A stretch of 64,000 nucleotides of DNA. Origin: Trichoplax adhaerens (lineage: Eukaryota > Animalia > Placozoa). The notes under the pieces were generated by a model that was given only the letters and a program-made list of their open reading frames with translations, made no database searches and was not told the DNA's origin. The DNA lies in the NCBI RefSeq assembly GCF_000150275.1, contig NW_002060969.1:372001-436000 (forward strand), written 5' to 3'. A program made the translations under genes and the position numbers. Shown here one piece after another: positions 29,026 through 42,400 of the stretch. Positions within the stretch are counted from its first letter, which is position 1, and every line of letters begins with the position of its first letter.

Positions 29026-30152
29026 TGAATTCTCATTTCATAGTACTGTAGATAAATGGCTCAGGCATGACTCAGGGCTATCACGTAAGAAAATTTATCA
29101 GAAAATTTATTACTTACTTCTATTAAAAATCTATGCCACTATACGTATTCAATTTCCGAATTATAATCTTTGAAAAATTTGAAATATGAGAAAATTCTCT
29201 TTGTAATAAGCCTTAAGAGATGTTCTAATGTTTTAGCACTACATGATGCAGTGTATCATTCTTAGGATATATTTTGCAATAGTGTACTACTGCATACAGT
29301 ACTGTATATCAACAGATCAATTACACAATTCCTTTAGCTACAGCGTTATCTTTCCCGCGTTAACAAACTAGATTTGTATTTAGCGTTCGACGTACAGTAG
29401 TTTGTAATAACAGGTTATACGTATTTTGAAAGTGTCATCATCATTGATTTATCGTCGATAATAATGGATACTGTCCAATAGGTGCTATAACTAGAATATC
29501 CCACTCTTAAGAGACTAAAATAATTCTGTGTAATACTATCACCGTCACTCAAGCGACAAGTGCTTTACTAGCACTAGGCAATTATTGATAGGGTACTTTT
29601 CTGGCCGTTTATTTGAAAAGCAGGTGTACTAGTATAACCAAACAAGTAAGTAAAAAGGCCATTACAAAAATTGAGCTGGGCATTGTGATAAGTGAAACCG
29701 ACAGAACAGCAATTTCTTTCATGGATTGCTGTTTTTATATAATTAATCCCTACAACAGAAAAATACGACACATGATTTGATAACGAAAAGCTAGAAAGGA
29801 ATCTACAAGTATTTGCACATGTAGCAAGAACTTTATTGAAGCTCTTACAATTATAATCAACAATTACAGGTTAGATATATCATGCTGCCACATATATGGT
29901 AATGATGAGGAGCTATATTACCTATCAGACTTGCATTGTACAGGCTTAATACATGAAGTGTCTAACACAAAGAACGACAGCAGTGTGGCTGTACGGACAG
30001 ATCTAATCCGTACAATATACGAATCATTAACTGTATTTCTAACTGTCGCTAAAGTAAAATGCACTGGTTTCTTTTAAATCCTGAATCGCACAACATAAAA
30101 ACACGATCCAAAGTGCACTAGCACATTTTCTCATTTTTATGGTGGCAACTAT

Positions 30153-32816
30153 TTACCTTGTTTTTTCAAGGCGCTCGGATTTCTCAGGATGAAGACTTTT
30201 ATCCGGACTATCTATTTGTCGCTCCCTACTTCCACTACGCCTTCTTTTCTTAACGTAGTGTACATTACGATCAGTTTCTACATTAGTACTACGCTTTCTA
30301 TTCTTACTGCTTTTAGTTTTTTTGTCCTCATAATACGACTCGTCACTACATGAGCTTTGCTCCCTCTTCCTAGATTTATCAAGACATCTTTCCTTGCTTA
30401 AACTGTATCTACTTTCTTTTTTATCGACAGATTTGATTTCGTCATAGTCATTGCGTTTTTTATCTCTACTCCTACTGTATTTATGATCTCTATCTGAGTA
30501 TTTTTCTCCACTACGATGTCTTTTCTTTGAATGACTACTGTGAGATCCTTCGTCTTTGCTTCGTCTAGATCGATCTCTACTTCTGCTTCTCCTTCTCCGC
30601 TCATAACTATGACCATACTTCAATCTTTCCTTACTGGCGCTTTCACTGGCTTGCTCTTTACTTACATGTTTCTGTTTTACATAGTCGTCTGTTCTACTAT
30701 GAAGTTCTTCTTTAGATTGATGTGGACTTAGACTTGCTCTGTTTCTATCACGGTCTCTATCTCTAGTTTTACTGTTCTTAGTGAGCTGAATTGTCTCAAA
30801 GTTGCCACTGCGATCGGAACTCCTACGTCCTGTAGGAGATTGTCTATCGTAACTTCGAGATCTCAAGGTCTCCTGAGTTTTTCTCTTGATCTGCCGATAG
30901 TTCTCTAATTTATTCCTAATGTCCTTTTGTACAGGTACAGGTATACGAGGAAAATATGTACTGAACCATTCAAGTTTTGAAAGCATTGTTTCGCATAACT
31001 CTCCAATAGTAATCAACTGTCCACCACCTGCTCTAACATCGAGCTCCTGATATAGAATATGCAATATTTATCTTGAATTAATGGCACTAGGGCTCTAATA
31101 ATTCTTATATACTTGTACACAGTAAAATTTAAACATGAATAAGCTTTAGAACTGCTAAAAAGCTATATCGTTAGTGTATCTAACCTCATTATCCTCAAGG
31201 TAAGATTCATACCAATCCCATAAGTCGGCCGGTGGTTGAGTGTATCTGCGTATATGTACGTTAATAGGATATCATTTTATTATCATATTTGTTCTCCTAG
31301 GTAATATAAAACACGCTACCAAGATTATGGAACTACATGTAAATCTTACTCTGTATCTAGCTACTACTATAATTATGAGGATTGACTCCTTTATAATGAA
31401 GTACGATTGCTACCTGATGTACATAAAACCAAGACCGCGAATATAAGGAGAATCAGAATGCGTTAATAAACCATTAACCTGTTTGCGTGTTAGACGCAAA
31501 GTAAATAATTTATAAAGTAAACAATAAGCGGTTGATACAATTCCGCCAGTTCCAACACCACGAACCTGTAATGATAAGTAAGGCTTAATTAAAACCGCAA
31601 ATCTTTGAAACATGCTTACTAAAACTAGTTATAATGACTCCCATTGTGCGATACCGTAGTAGAAAATTGTTAGTACTATTAGTATAGACTACAAAAACAG
31701 TATTACATGATTCAATCTTCCGAAATGCTAATACAAGTCGATGCCATTTTGTCTACATTATGTGACTGCATTGAAATTCAAATTTTACTACGTTTTCAAG
31801 TACATATATTCACATGTTGCGGTTAAAAAAGGTGCAATCGCAGTGATCTCATAAGATCGATCCGCTACTAAGTTATTGGTTCACTCAAAAGTTATTCTTC
31901 AATTTTTTGATATCAGGCTTGATAAATAACCGCATATCGAGACCATTAACACTTAGTATACCGTACAACTACAGGATAATTCGATATTTCGCGAAACACA
32001 CCGCACAAGTTACTATAAATAGATATGGTTTAAGCAAGTGCGCGTTCTATGAACCGCTGAACTAGGATTAACATACAGTACTACCTACTACCTACTTTTT
32101 GCCTGTAATTCAAAACATTGGATAAATGAAAGTAATCTAGCTGGTAACAGTTGCGTTTCGTAATGCAATACTGTATACCAAAAGAGCACTTAATAATGAT
32201 ACGGTAAATCGCGCCACAGTAGTGCAAAACAGTTCTTACATGATCACTGTATTTCATCCAATTTACAAAAATACGTATAGATTTATCACAGTTTTCTTAC
32301 TTACTCCGCCACACATTCCGACTTGATTTGACAAATTTCTGCTACCTCTCTCCCACGGCTCCAAATGGTTTACCTTCAACACCAAACCAAATTACGTGCA
32401 TAAATATAGATATGGATGCATTAACAACAATAAAATGAAATTATAATTTTCCTTACACAATAAATTTAAAAAATAAAAGTAATATTCAATATTAATACAG
32501 TAGTAATAATATCTATTCGATAGATCACCATCCAATTGAACTTATCGTATAATCGAGTCGGACGAGTTGAGAATTACAGCATTTAAGTAGATGTAATGCA
32601 GAATATAAAGGAACATAATTTACAAACCTTATAATAGATTTCGTCCACGACTTCATGATATGTTTTCAAGGTAAATAGTTCGTTCTTAAAATACGGAGAA
32701 GAGATTATATTAGTATAAACCATATTATTTAAGTTCATCGTCTTTTCACTTCCGTGGAAAGGTAAAACATTGCCTTTATTCTTGTTTTTCTTGCGTCCGC
32801 CATCTTCTTCCGCCAT
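30153..32816 (-). CDS. PRPF38B: Pre-mRNA splicing factor 38B, 5 exons
   Basis: GSEKTMNLNNMVYTNIISSPYFK, LKTYHEVVDEIY, HLEPWERGSR, GMCGGVRGVGTGGIVSTAYCLLYKL, SPYIRGLGFMYIRY, FPRIPVPVQK, followed by an RS/charged tail. Confidence 0.95.
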
Positions 32817-32837
32817 GATGAAACGAACGGCGTAACT

Positions 32838-33137
32838 CTACTGTACTCTACTGTACAGTACTGTAGTTGTCAAAAGTTTTGATCGTACTGTACTGTACTT
32901 TACACCTAAAAGTTTCCTGATTACAGTATGAAGTCGCTCTACAGTACAGTACACTTGAGACGTTTCAGCGGTACTTTCGACGTTATTTGTACTGTACTGT
33001 ACATCAATTTAAGAAAGCTAAGCGGTCTGAGGTACTGTACGGTACTGTACCTCTAAAAGTACTGTACTGTACAGTACACGGTAAAGTCAGATTCAGTAAA
33101 TCTTTTAAACTGTAAGCTACTGTACACTGTACAGTAG
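32838..33137. repeat. TA-CWG arrays in the PRPF38B/Bak divergent intergenic region
   Basis: Repeated tactgtacagta units fill much of the 481 bp between the two ATGs. Confidence 0.88.
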
Positions 33138-33297
33138 CTTAACTAGCTTTATTTATCCGATATCATGCTTCCCGTATACTGGATAAAAATCAACTGGCAG
33201 AACCAACTTTACTTTAGTTTAACTTTTATAATATCAATTAAATCAGCAGCAGTATAGCATACAGATCACGATTAAATACTTTTACGGTAGTCGGGAA

Positions 33298-34332
33298 ATG
33301 TCTAGCACTATTACAATAGCTGAATCGCTAGAAAATGGAGAGAATAACGACGAACAGGAAGAAGCAAATACTTCACGCAGTCAGTTTCGGGTAACACGAG
33401 CTCAAGTTATAAGGCGCCAACTATCGGCAAATCCGGCTCATTTACCAGTTTCAGAACAAGAGGTAATTAATGAAACAAGTAGCATATTTCGTAGTTTTGT
33501 TGTCGAAAGCTACCAGGCCGAACGGGATGGTGGGATTATTGCAGAAGAAGTTCGTTCTTTTGCGGATCAAGTACAGTCATCTAGCAATCAAACGATCACA
33601 CCATCATCTCCTACATCTGAAATAGGACGCCATTTAGCGCAGCTGGGTGACTCATATAGTGTCCGTTTCCAAAATGAATTTCGATTGATGATAACGCATT
33701 TAGATATAAACCCAGGAACAGCCTACAGAACCTTTGCTGGTGTTGCTAGACGTTTATTTCGTGATGGTATTTCTTGGCGACGAATTGTCACTCTTATGGC
33801 TTTCGGATATCAGATAGCTATAGATGTTATGCGAAGTGGAGTTCAGGGCTTCTTAAGTCGAATATGTAATTTTATCGTAAGATTTATCTCCGGCGAGCAC
33901 ATTGCCAATTGGATAGCAAGGCAAGGAGGCTGGGTAAGTAATATCATTTTTATATGCGAACTATCGCACTATATTGAATTAGTGAGTTTTTCCATGGTAC
34001 TTTGTATAAAGTGCACTTCGAGGTACTGTACTTACAGTTGACTGAACATTAAATGCGGGGACTAATAAAAAGATGTATGTCTGTTCTTAGAAGTACCTGT
34101 TAAATGCACTACACTGTACAGTACTTGTACAGCATTGCTCAATTATTAGTATAGTTACGATCATTGCATTGTAAACTATTGTAACTTTTGAATTAACTTG
34201 CTTTATCACAAGCGTGCAGCTCGATACGAAGGACTTGCTTCGCCTGGGTGGCCGGCAATTATTGGTGTGGCTACAGCAGCGGCTGCATCTGTATTTGGTG
34301 TCCTATGGCTTTCAGGCTATTTTAGAGAATAA
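33298..34332 (+). CDS. BAK1: Bak-like pro-apoptotic Bcl-2 family protein; exons 33298-33933 and 34213-34332
   Basis: BH3 EIGRHLAQLGDSY, BH1 LFRDGISWRRIVTLMAFG, BH2 IANWIARQGGW|GT intron, exon 2 transmembrane tail WPAIIGVATAAAASVFGVLWLSGYFRE*. Confidence 0.88.
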
Positions 34333-35147
34333 CAGCACAATACTTATACATCCAAAGTAGATATTGGCACTTTATTCTTTGTTTATAAAAAATGAGTACA
34401 CAGTTTTAAACACTGGTCAGTACGGACAGTATATGTGTATAATGTTATATCAGAACATGTGAAAAGTTCTTATTTCTATCGAAATAATTGTAAATAGAAT
34501 CAACATTTTTTATATGGATGTCATTAATTAAAGGTCTGCTTACATTACTTTGTATCCTTTATCTACATGCACAAGTTATAAATGTCTTCATTAATCAGAT
34601 CTTAATGCACGTACACATGACAAATCATAATTTAATTTACTGATTCGTAAAGGCATGACTGCTAGGAGTATCTAGTAGTTCATGTTAAAGGTATTTTGTA
34701 AATTGATAATTCGTAACAGAGTAGAATCGTAAATATCTGTACATGTAAACACACTATGAATACAGTCAATAACAAGGTACAAAAAATATTTGAGTCTACA
34801 GCATATTAACTAATCAAAGCTGATATGTATTATCACTAGAGCTCAGAGTATCGGTAAAAGTTATTGCAATAGAGTTAGCCTTATAAATTGAGTAAATGAA
34901 AAGTTTAAAAACTTTAACATTTACTGTGCTTATCGGTATTTATGAATCAATACAATAATTAACCTGTGTAACCCGTTACTAATTGTTAAATACTTATATT
35001 TTCGATAAATAATAATAAATAATGAATGCAAAATTGTGAATACGTGAAAACGCATATATGCATGCTGCTGATAGACCTAAAATTCTGTTATGAGATATCA
35101 TGGAACAGTAAATGATTGATTAATACATAAGCAGTAACATCGCAGAA

Positions 35148-36968
35148 TTAGTTAGTTGGCCATATTTTAATTGATGTATAACAGATTATGCATGAAGTAA
35201 TAAATGTTGAGAGTAAACCTAAACATCCAGTCTTTGAGATATTTGCGCTTGCAACATCACGAACATTCTGAATTCGATAGAATAGGATATTTTCAGTAAG
35301 CTGACACTGAACGAAAAATCGCGTGCTAGTTGTTAAGTAAGAACGAATTATCGATTCTAAAAATCCAGCGCAGGCCGAACATAGCATTAATGGCCACTGT
35401 GGAGGATAATTCGACCAGATTGACGAAGAGGTACACAAGCATAAGGAAAGGTAATATGTAATTCCTATCAATAAACCTCCAACAGCACCTGTTAAAGTAC
35501 CCAAAATTGCAATAGCTTCATTGGCTCGTAAAGGAAGCATTCCGAAGGTAGAAATCAAATGAGGCGATATTCTTCCCGAGGTTAGTCTGACCTCTGTCGC
35601 CAAAGTATCGCCAGTCCAGCAAGCCCATGATGTCATGACAGCTATCCCGAGGATAGAGGCGTTATAATGTTTCGAGAAATTAATTGGTAATTCACCTAAA
35701 CCAACAGTGACGGCGTAAAAGTATGACAGCAAAGCTGATAGTCCTCCGATAAAAATCATTTGATACCAGTTCTTCTCGCCAGCTAGAGAATTGAGTGTGC
35801 ATCCAGTACATAAGAATAAAAAACATCTGCAATGAATATCCTGTATATTTCTTCATACGGTGCCTGTATTCAAACAGTACAACCTGCTACCTTAGCTAAC
35901 ACTTAGTAAAATATATTGCCTATCTTAAACATACTTATGTAGATACGATCTCCATTTAGTATTCATCAATGACTGATAAAAGCACATTACGTATTTAACA
36001 CCAAATCCGTAAAAAATTAAAAACGGTTTTACGAATTAAGATACACTTGCAGTGCCTGTTATTGACAGCCAGAGTATTTAAAGCTAGTATTCAAACATTC
36101 GTATCTTCGAATAATAGGCTAGAATAGACTACTAGAAATAAAGTATGGTAAACAATACGATGCTGTAAAGATAGGAAGCATGATCATAACGCAACACCGA
36201 TTGTACACTAAATTAAAGACAGCCCACCCCCGTAATTACTGTACGAAAAATTTACTATGAGAAGTTAAACATACAGTACTGTAACTGGAGACATTTTACA
36301 TAGAAATTCTGCGCAAAATGACTGAGGCTGGTATGCTATGGAGCGTCACATCTTTGATTAATTAGATAAACTGAGACAATATCAAAGTAATTTCATATAC
36401 GCGTACTATGGATAGCATTAAATATATTATCATAATATCATAATTTAGAGGAATCCTGAAAGACGTTAAGATAATTTACGGTTAGCTGGAGAAACAAGTC
36501 AACATTCTAATTTCCACTAGAAATTGAATATGATCGTACATGTCAGCATACAGTATATAGGCTTTCTATGGCAGTATTGCATATTATACGAAACTAGAAT
36601 TTTTGATTGCACTTACCACTAATATCAGTGTACCCGTTTTTACTTTTCACTCTAAAACTGATTGATTTTATTGCAATGAATAAATACGCAGCAAAGCTGA
36701 AGAAGAAGCAGCTACTAGTCAAAATGAGCACAAATCCAAGTATAGAGCTTGATATAGCCCCTGAGAAATTCAAAAGCCTTAATTCATAGCATTTTGTAGC
36801 TACGATTACGGGAACATAAGTACATATGAACCAACTAATAGGGGTAGTTCTCGACCACAGCAAATCATAATTTATAGACAAATTCTGTTCCGTAATAATT
36901 GATGAGATGAACCAAAAGAACATGGATAACGGAAGAGATGCAATAAAAAAAATGAAATAAATGAGCAT
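35148..36968 (-). CDS. TMEM19: Transmembrane protein 19 (DUF92); exons 36968-36617 and 35782-35148
   Basis: LLNFSGAISS, GEKNWYQM, GDTLATEV, PHLISTF, TLTGAVGGL, PPQWP. Exon phases join into a 329-codon frame. Confidence 0.85.
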
Positions 36969-37356
36969 ATCTACTGAAAGCGCATACGAATTGTCTATTT
37001 ACAAAAAGAAGTTCATACGTTCATACCACATTCACATCATCTACGATGAATAAAATAAAATAAACAAATAAATGCTATAGTAAGGAGCTTGAGGTAGAGT
37101 AGCTCGTTATGATTCGTATTCGTTCCAAAGTGTACAGTATATACAGTATTGTACAGTACAGTAATATGTTCAGCCAGGAAAATTGTAGATATACTGTATA
37201 TTCACTATTGTACGCGAAGTATAACGAACGAAGGGTCTACTAGTAATTAATTGATTATAATAGCTTGCCGATGCTACGATTACTGTACTGTACTGTAGTT
37301 TACATTACAGTACAGTATATCGATAAGCGCAGTACAGAACTGTACACTGTACAGTA

Positions 37357-37976
37357 CGATGTATTGCTGAAAAACGAAACCTTACGCCGAACGAATAATA
37401 ATTTAGCTAAACTCTTCAAACTATTGACTATAAAATTTTTTCGAAATTACTTCAGCTAAAATCTAACGAAGACTAGTTTAAGAGGGGGAAGTGGAGGAAA
37501 TTCGAATGCTTTAGTCAAATTCTTCATAGTAGATAGCAATGGTATCATACAGGATACGATACAGTAAGTCCAGGTACAGTTGTACACTAAATGTACAGTA
37601 CAGCACGCGAAGGCCGCTTTGAAGTGTACAGTACTATACAGAATATAGGCTACAGTACTATAAACCATAGTTTTAGATTCACACGGTACAGTACACCGAG
37701 TACGGTTGAGTGACACAACAGATCGACTTCGGTGCGCCGTCCGTACAACTGTACCTGGACTCTATCGTATACCGTATGATATCATCGCTATGAACTACTG
37801 TAATATTAAAAATGAGATGGAAGCATCCGAATTTCCTCCACCTCACCTTCTTAAAAGAATCTTCGCTAGATTTTAAACAAAGTAACATCCAAAAAACAAT
37901 CATTGTCGGTAGTTTGAAGAGCTGAGGTAGATAATTAGTCGCTCGGCGTGAAGTTTTGTATTTCACCAACACACCC
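37357..37976. mobile_element. Degenerate ~620 bp foldback element with long inverted arms (37357-37585 and 37743-37976)
   Basis: Collinear complementary blocks: acgccga/tcggcgt, ctcttcaaacta/tagtttgaagag, aaaatctaacgaaga/tcttcgctagatttt, gtggaggaaattcg/cgaatttcctccac, agtccaggtacagttgtac/gtacaactgtacctggact. TA on both flanks. Confidence 0.75.
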
Positions 37977-39437
37977 TACTGTATAGTACAGTAGAGCGGA
38001 ATGACAAAGCGTAACTGTCAGGCAGACGGACAAATAGCTTTGCAAAATACTGTATACAATATATACCGTATAAAGATGTTTATATGTTTAGTACAGTAAG
38101 CTATATTTATAGAAACGTTAATAACATAGTTATACCCTTTTAGGAGTCCCTACCTTTATCAGGTCCATCCATACTCAATGCAGAAAGGGCACGATAATAG
38201 TTAATTATACTATACTAACATCAAATTAATTGTCTCAGGGATTGCGCTGTTACGTAACAGTGACACACTAGCCGTATATTTCACTTAAAACTCCTTTTTT
38301 GTATCGGTCTGTTCAAAATTTCCACTTTAAGTAATAATAGAAATTCACTTATTAATTACTGTATACTGTACTATAATATACGAAATTGAAAAATTAGTTA
38401 AATTTGTTATCTGTTGACTAGTTTTAGTACATTACTAGTACTTATATAATGCATCAATAACATAGCAAAAACACTATCGGACACACACGTAAAGTACACT
38501 TGGCGGTTTCTATAATTTCTAAAATTACAGTAATTCACTTGCGGTGGCTACTCAATAATGAGTACAGTATGAACATCGATATAACTGCGCGTACTAATGA
38601 AACTACCCACTAAACCCTAGATTGACATACCTATCTACTCCGAAGAACTTCTATGAAATTGTAAGCTAACATACGTAAGTTAAAGTCCTAATAGAAATAA
38701 AAAATGAGTTAACATAAACTTTAAAACTAAAGCGCTTATACACCTTAATGCCCGTTAGCATAAAACGGTCTTCCGTATGCGTATAAGTATACTGGTACAG
38801 TGTGATAATAATATTGAATTACTGTACTCTCTCACTCAATAAATAGAATTTATTTATCTCACCTAGTTATACTGTGCTCAGTTCAAGTACGTTCACAGCG
38901 TATGATTGGACTACCGATACTAACAATTTATTCCATATATGTTAGGTTATCAAGATTCTCCAATCGCAGATAATTTATAAAATCTACCACATTGTTAGAC
39001 CCATCACAAATTATAATGCTATAATTACTTTACGCAGGTAGTCCATGCTTCATTACGAAGATAAAATCAAGGCTGAAATTACAATTAAAGAACTAGCAGC
39101 ATTACCGACAGACATGCGGATCATTTATCATTAAAGTAACATTCATTGAAGGATCATCAACTAACGAATTCTATCGGCGTATGATTAACTAAAATAAGTT
39201 TTCATTTATGGATATTTCCAGTAACTAATATCAAAGTATCGCAATTTATCCGTCAACAGAATGAATCTATGATTAAATTCATACAATATACCATGCAATT
39301 ATAGCAAGCATGCGAAAAAGTAAATCAAATCAAATCAAATTTTTCCCGTACGCATAAACGTAGATTATTATGCTGCATAAATTTTAAACTCAGTGATGAA
39401 TGCCAATTACATTTCCCAAAGACCAAGGCCTGCGTCA

Positions 39438-42400
39438 TTACAAGCCTGCCTGCGCCTAAAAAATATCATGATTACAATTAAAGCCCTAATACCCTCAATG
39501 ACGTCATACCTAATATTACAACTTACGGTTAAGACAATAAAAAGATCAATACATTGAACTCACTTTTCTATTTAATCCTTCTCTGATTCTTCTACCGTAC
39601 TCAGGGTCAACTTTCGAGAAGTTTTCGATAGCCCGCTCCTGTAAAAACGATTGTGCCATACATAAATGTCCCACAATATTATTAACCAATGCTGTTCTCT
39701 CCTGCTCATTAAGAACTTTTCGCCAAAATACTGTCACTTGTGTAAAATTATCATCATCTGCTGTATTATAGCGTTTCACATCACCGATAACCTACATACC
39801 GAAACAAATATCAAATACGTTACTCATGATCGAAGTTTTCGAAAATTAATTTCATAAAATCTACATACTTGGACCGTATGTGGAGTAGCTCTATTAACAT
39901 TTGCAATAGGACCATTAAAACTATTAGGATAATAGTTTGGAACGCCACCTTTGAAGAGAATATGTCGAATATGTTAATTTGAAATCTACTAAGAGTTTAT
40001 GTCTTTTACCAAAAATAGCATAACTTACTGTGGTTGTCATTGAAGGTTTGTGGACCATCTCTTTGATAATTACCAACTTTCGTTGCATAGGGACAATTAA
40101 CAGGTAACTGAGCATAGTTAGTTCCAAGGCGATGTCGATGAGTATCATTATAAGAAAACAAACGTCCCTGTATACATCATGTAGAAAAATTGAGTCCAAT
40201 CAGCAGATTACGTTATAAACGTTTAATTTACATACAAATTACCTGCAGCATTTTATCAGGCGATGGTTCTATTCCAGGAACAAAATTAGCCGGAGCAAAA
40301 GCTATTTGTTCCACTTCGGCAAAATAATTTTTCGGATTGCGGTTCAAGACCATTTTTCCAACAGGAATCAAGGGAAATTCACTATGAGGCCAAATCTTAT
40401 ATTGACGCAAATTTGAAATTACTTTTCGATTTTCTTAAGAAAAAATATGTAATTGATGCTATAAGCTAACTTTCGTCACATCAAAGGGATTAAAGCGCCA
40501 CTTCTCAGCCTGCTCAAAAGTCATTATTTGAAGATACATGGTCCAAGACGGCTGAAAGTTTAAAGATAGAAACGTTAGGTAATCAATGATTGATTAGTTT
40601 TACAGTAAAACATTTAAACTATAAAATAATTATTAGTACAGAGTTTCCACTGGCAATTGCGTTATATAAATCTCTCATTGCATAATCGGGATCTAATCCA
40701 CTAATTTCTTGAGCTTTTTCTCCTGTTAAATTCCTAATGCCTTGATCAGTCTAAAAGATGATAGATTAGAAATTTTACAATATTTTATGAAGAATGAATG
40801 AAATTTGATAGAATTTTCTAGACCTTCAGATGAAACTTGCAGTAAACAGCTTCGTTGTCTGCATTTACTAGCTTGAATGTATGACTCCCGTATCCATTCA
40901 TGTGTCTGTATCCATCCGGAGTGCCGCGATCCGTAAACAAGAAGGAAACCTGGTGAGTTGTTTCTCGTCGGAGGCTAATAAAATCCCAAAACATGTCAGG
41001 ATCCTAAATAAATTACAAAGATAATTAAATTATAAGTATGCTTGGTGTTGTTCACCTTAAATAAATAATATCCATTACTTATGAAGGCAATTAGATAAAA
41101 CCAACCTACCTTCAGATGGGTTACAGGATTTCTTTTTTGGGTGTGAATAAAACTAGGAAACTAAAAAAGAGACTTGATAATAAGCAAACCAAGCCAAACG
41201 TATGTATCGTCAATCTACTTTTTGACTTCACCGAAATAACACAAGGTACAGTATGCTACGTCATAATTTAATACACTTTATTCCTATATTAGCCATACCA
41301 AGATGGGATCTCTTATAAAGAAAATTGGAGTGTTATTACCAACTAAATCCCAGTTGCCCTCTTCCGTATAGAATTTAAGGGCAAACCCACGAGGATCTCT
41401 AGCAGTATCCGCACTTCCTGATTCGCCGCCTAGTAATGAACAGTTAGTACAGTTACCGTATAATTATCGTGGAAGTAGACATAAAAAAATCCGTATACCA
41501 TTACTGTACCGCGATCAATACGAGACATTTACTTTGAGCTTAAAACGTAGCAGAGACAGTATGTACGGCGTACCTACGGTGGAAAAACGTACAGCCATAG
41601 GTGTACGTTTGCCGACATTTTCAAATACTTTCGCCTTACAATATTTTGTAATATCGTGCGTAACCTCAAAGTAGCCGAATGCACCTACAGGCAATAAAGA
41701 AAATAAATATTACGAACACGATTGTCATTGGCGATTTATATCATTTTATATCTGCAAAGTGCGATTGACTCTAGTTAATTATTGTTTTATTTATGTATTT
41801 ACGTATTACTCTACATCAATGTATGTATGGTAGTTATTGAAACGCATTTGCGATCGCGTAACTGATAAATAAACATTTTATAGTAGGTAATACGTAACCA
41901 TATTCTCAATACTGTATATTAGCACTGTACTCGTATTTATCCATACAAAGTAACATAGATTAACGTGAATGTGTACTATTACTGTAATACAAATTACGGA
42001 TGGCTCTGCAATCACCTGCTCCTTTAGCGTGAACAACTCTCTCTGGGATACGCTCACGATCGAAATGAGCCATATGATCAATTAAAGTAATATCCTGAAG
42101 TAGAATAGGTCCACGAGGTCCCACTGTAACGGAATCAGTGATACTTTCAGCAGGAGCACCATGACTAGTCGTCAAAGTAGTAGGATCCTATAGATACATA
42201 CGTATATGCGTATAAGTGAATTGCAATATTTTAATATATTACGTTATGCTTATTTAGCTAACATTGCTAAAAGGTTAGAGACGACTTAGAATAACGCGAA
42301 TAATCCAATTTATAAATTTTACTTGCAGATCAGAGAAACGAACGCGTTAAAATGTACAGTACATACTGGTATAGTTATCTGTAAAACGTAATTGCGTAAT

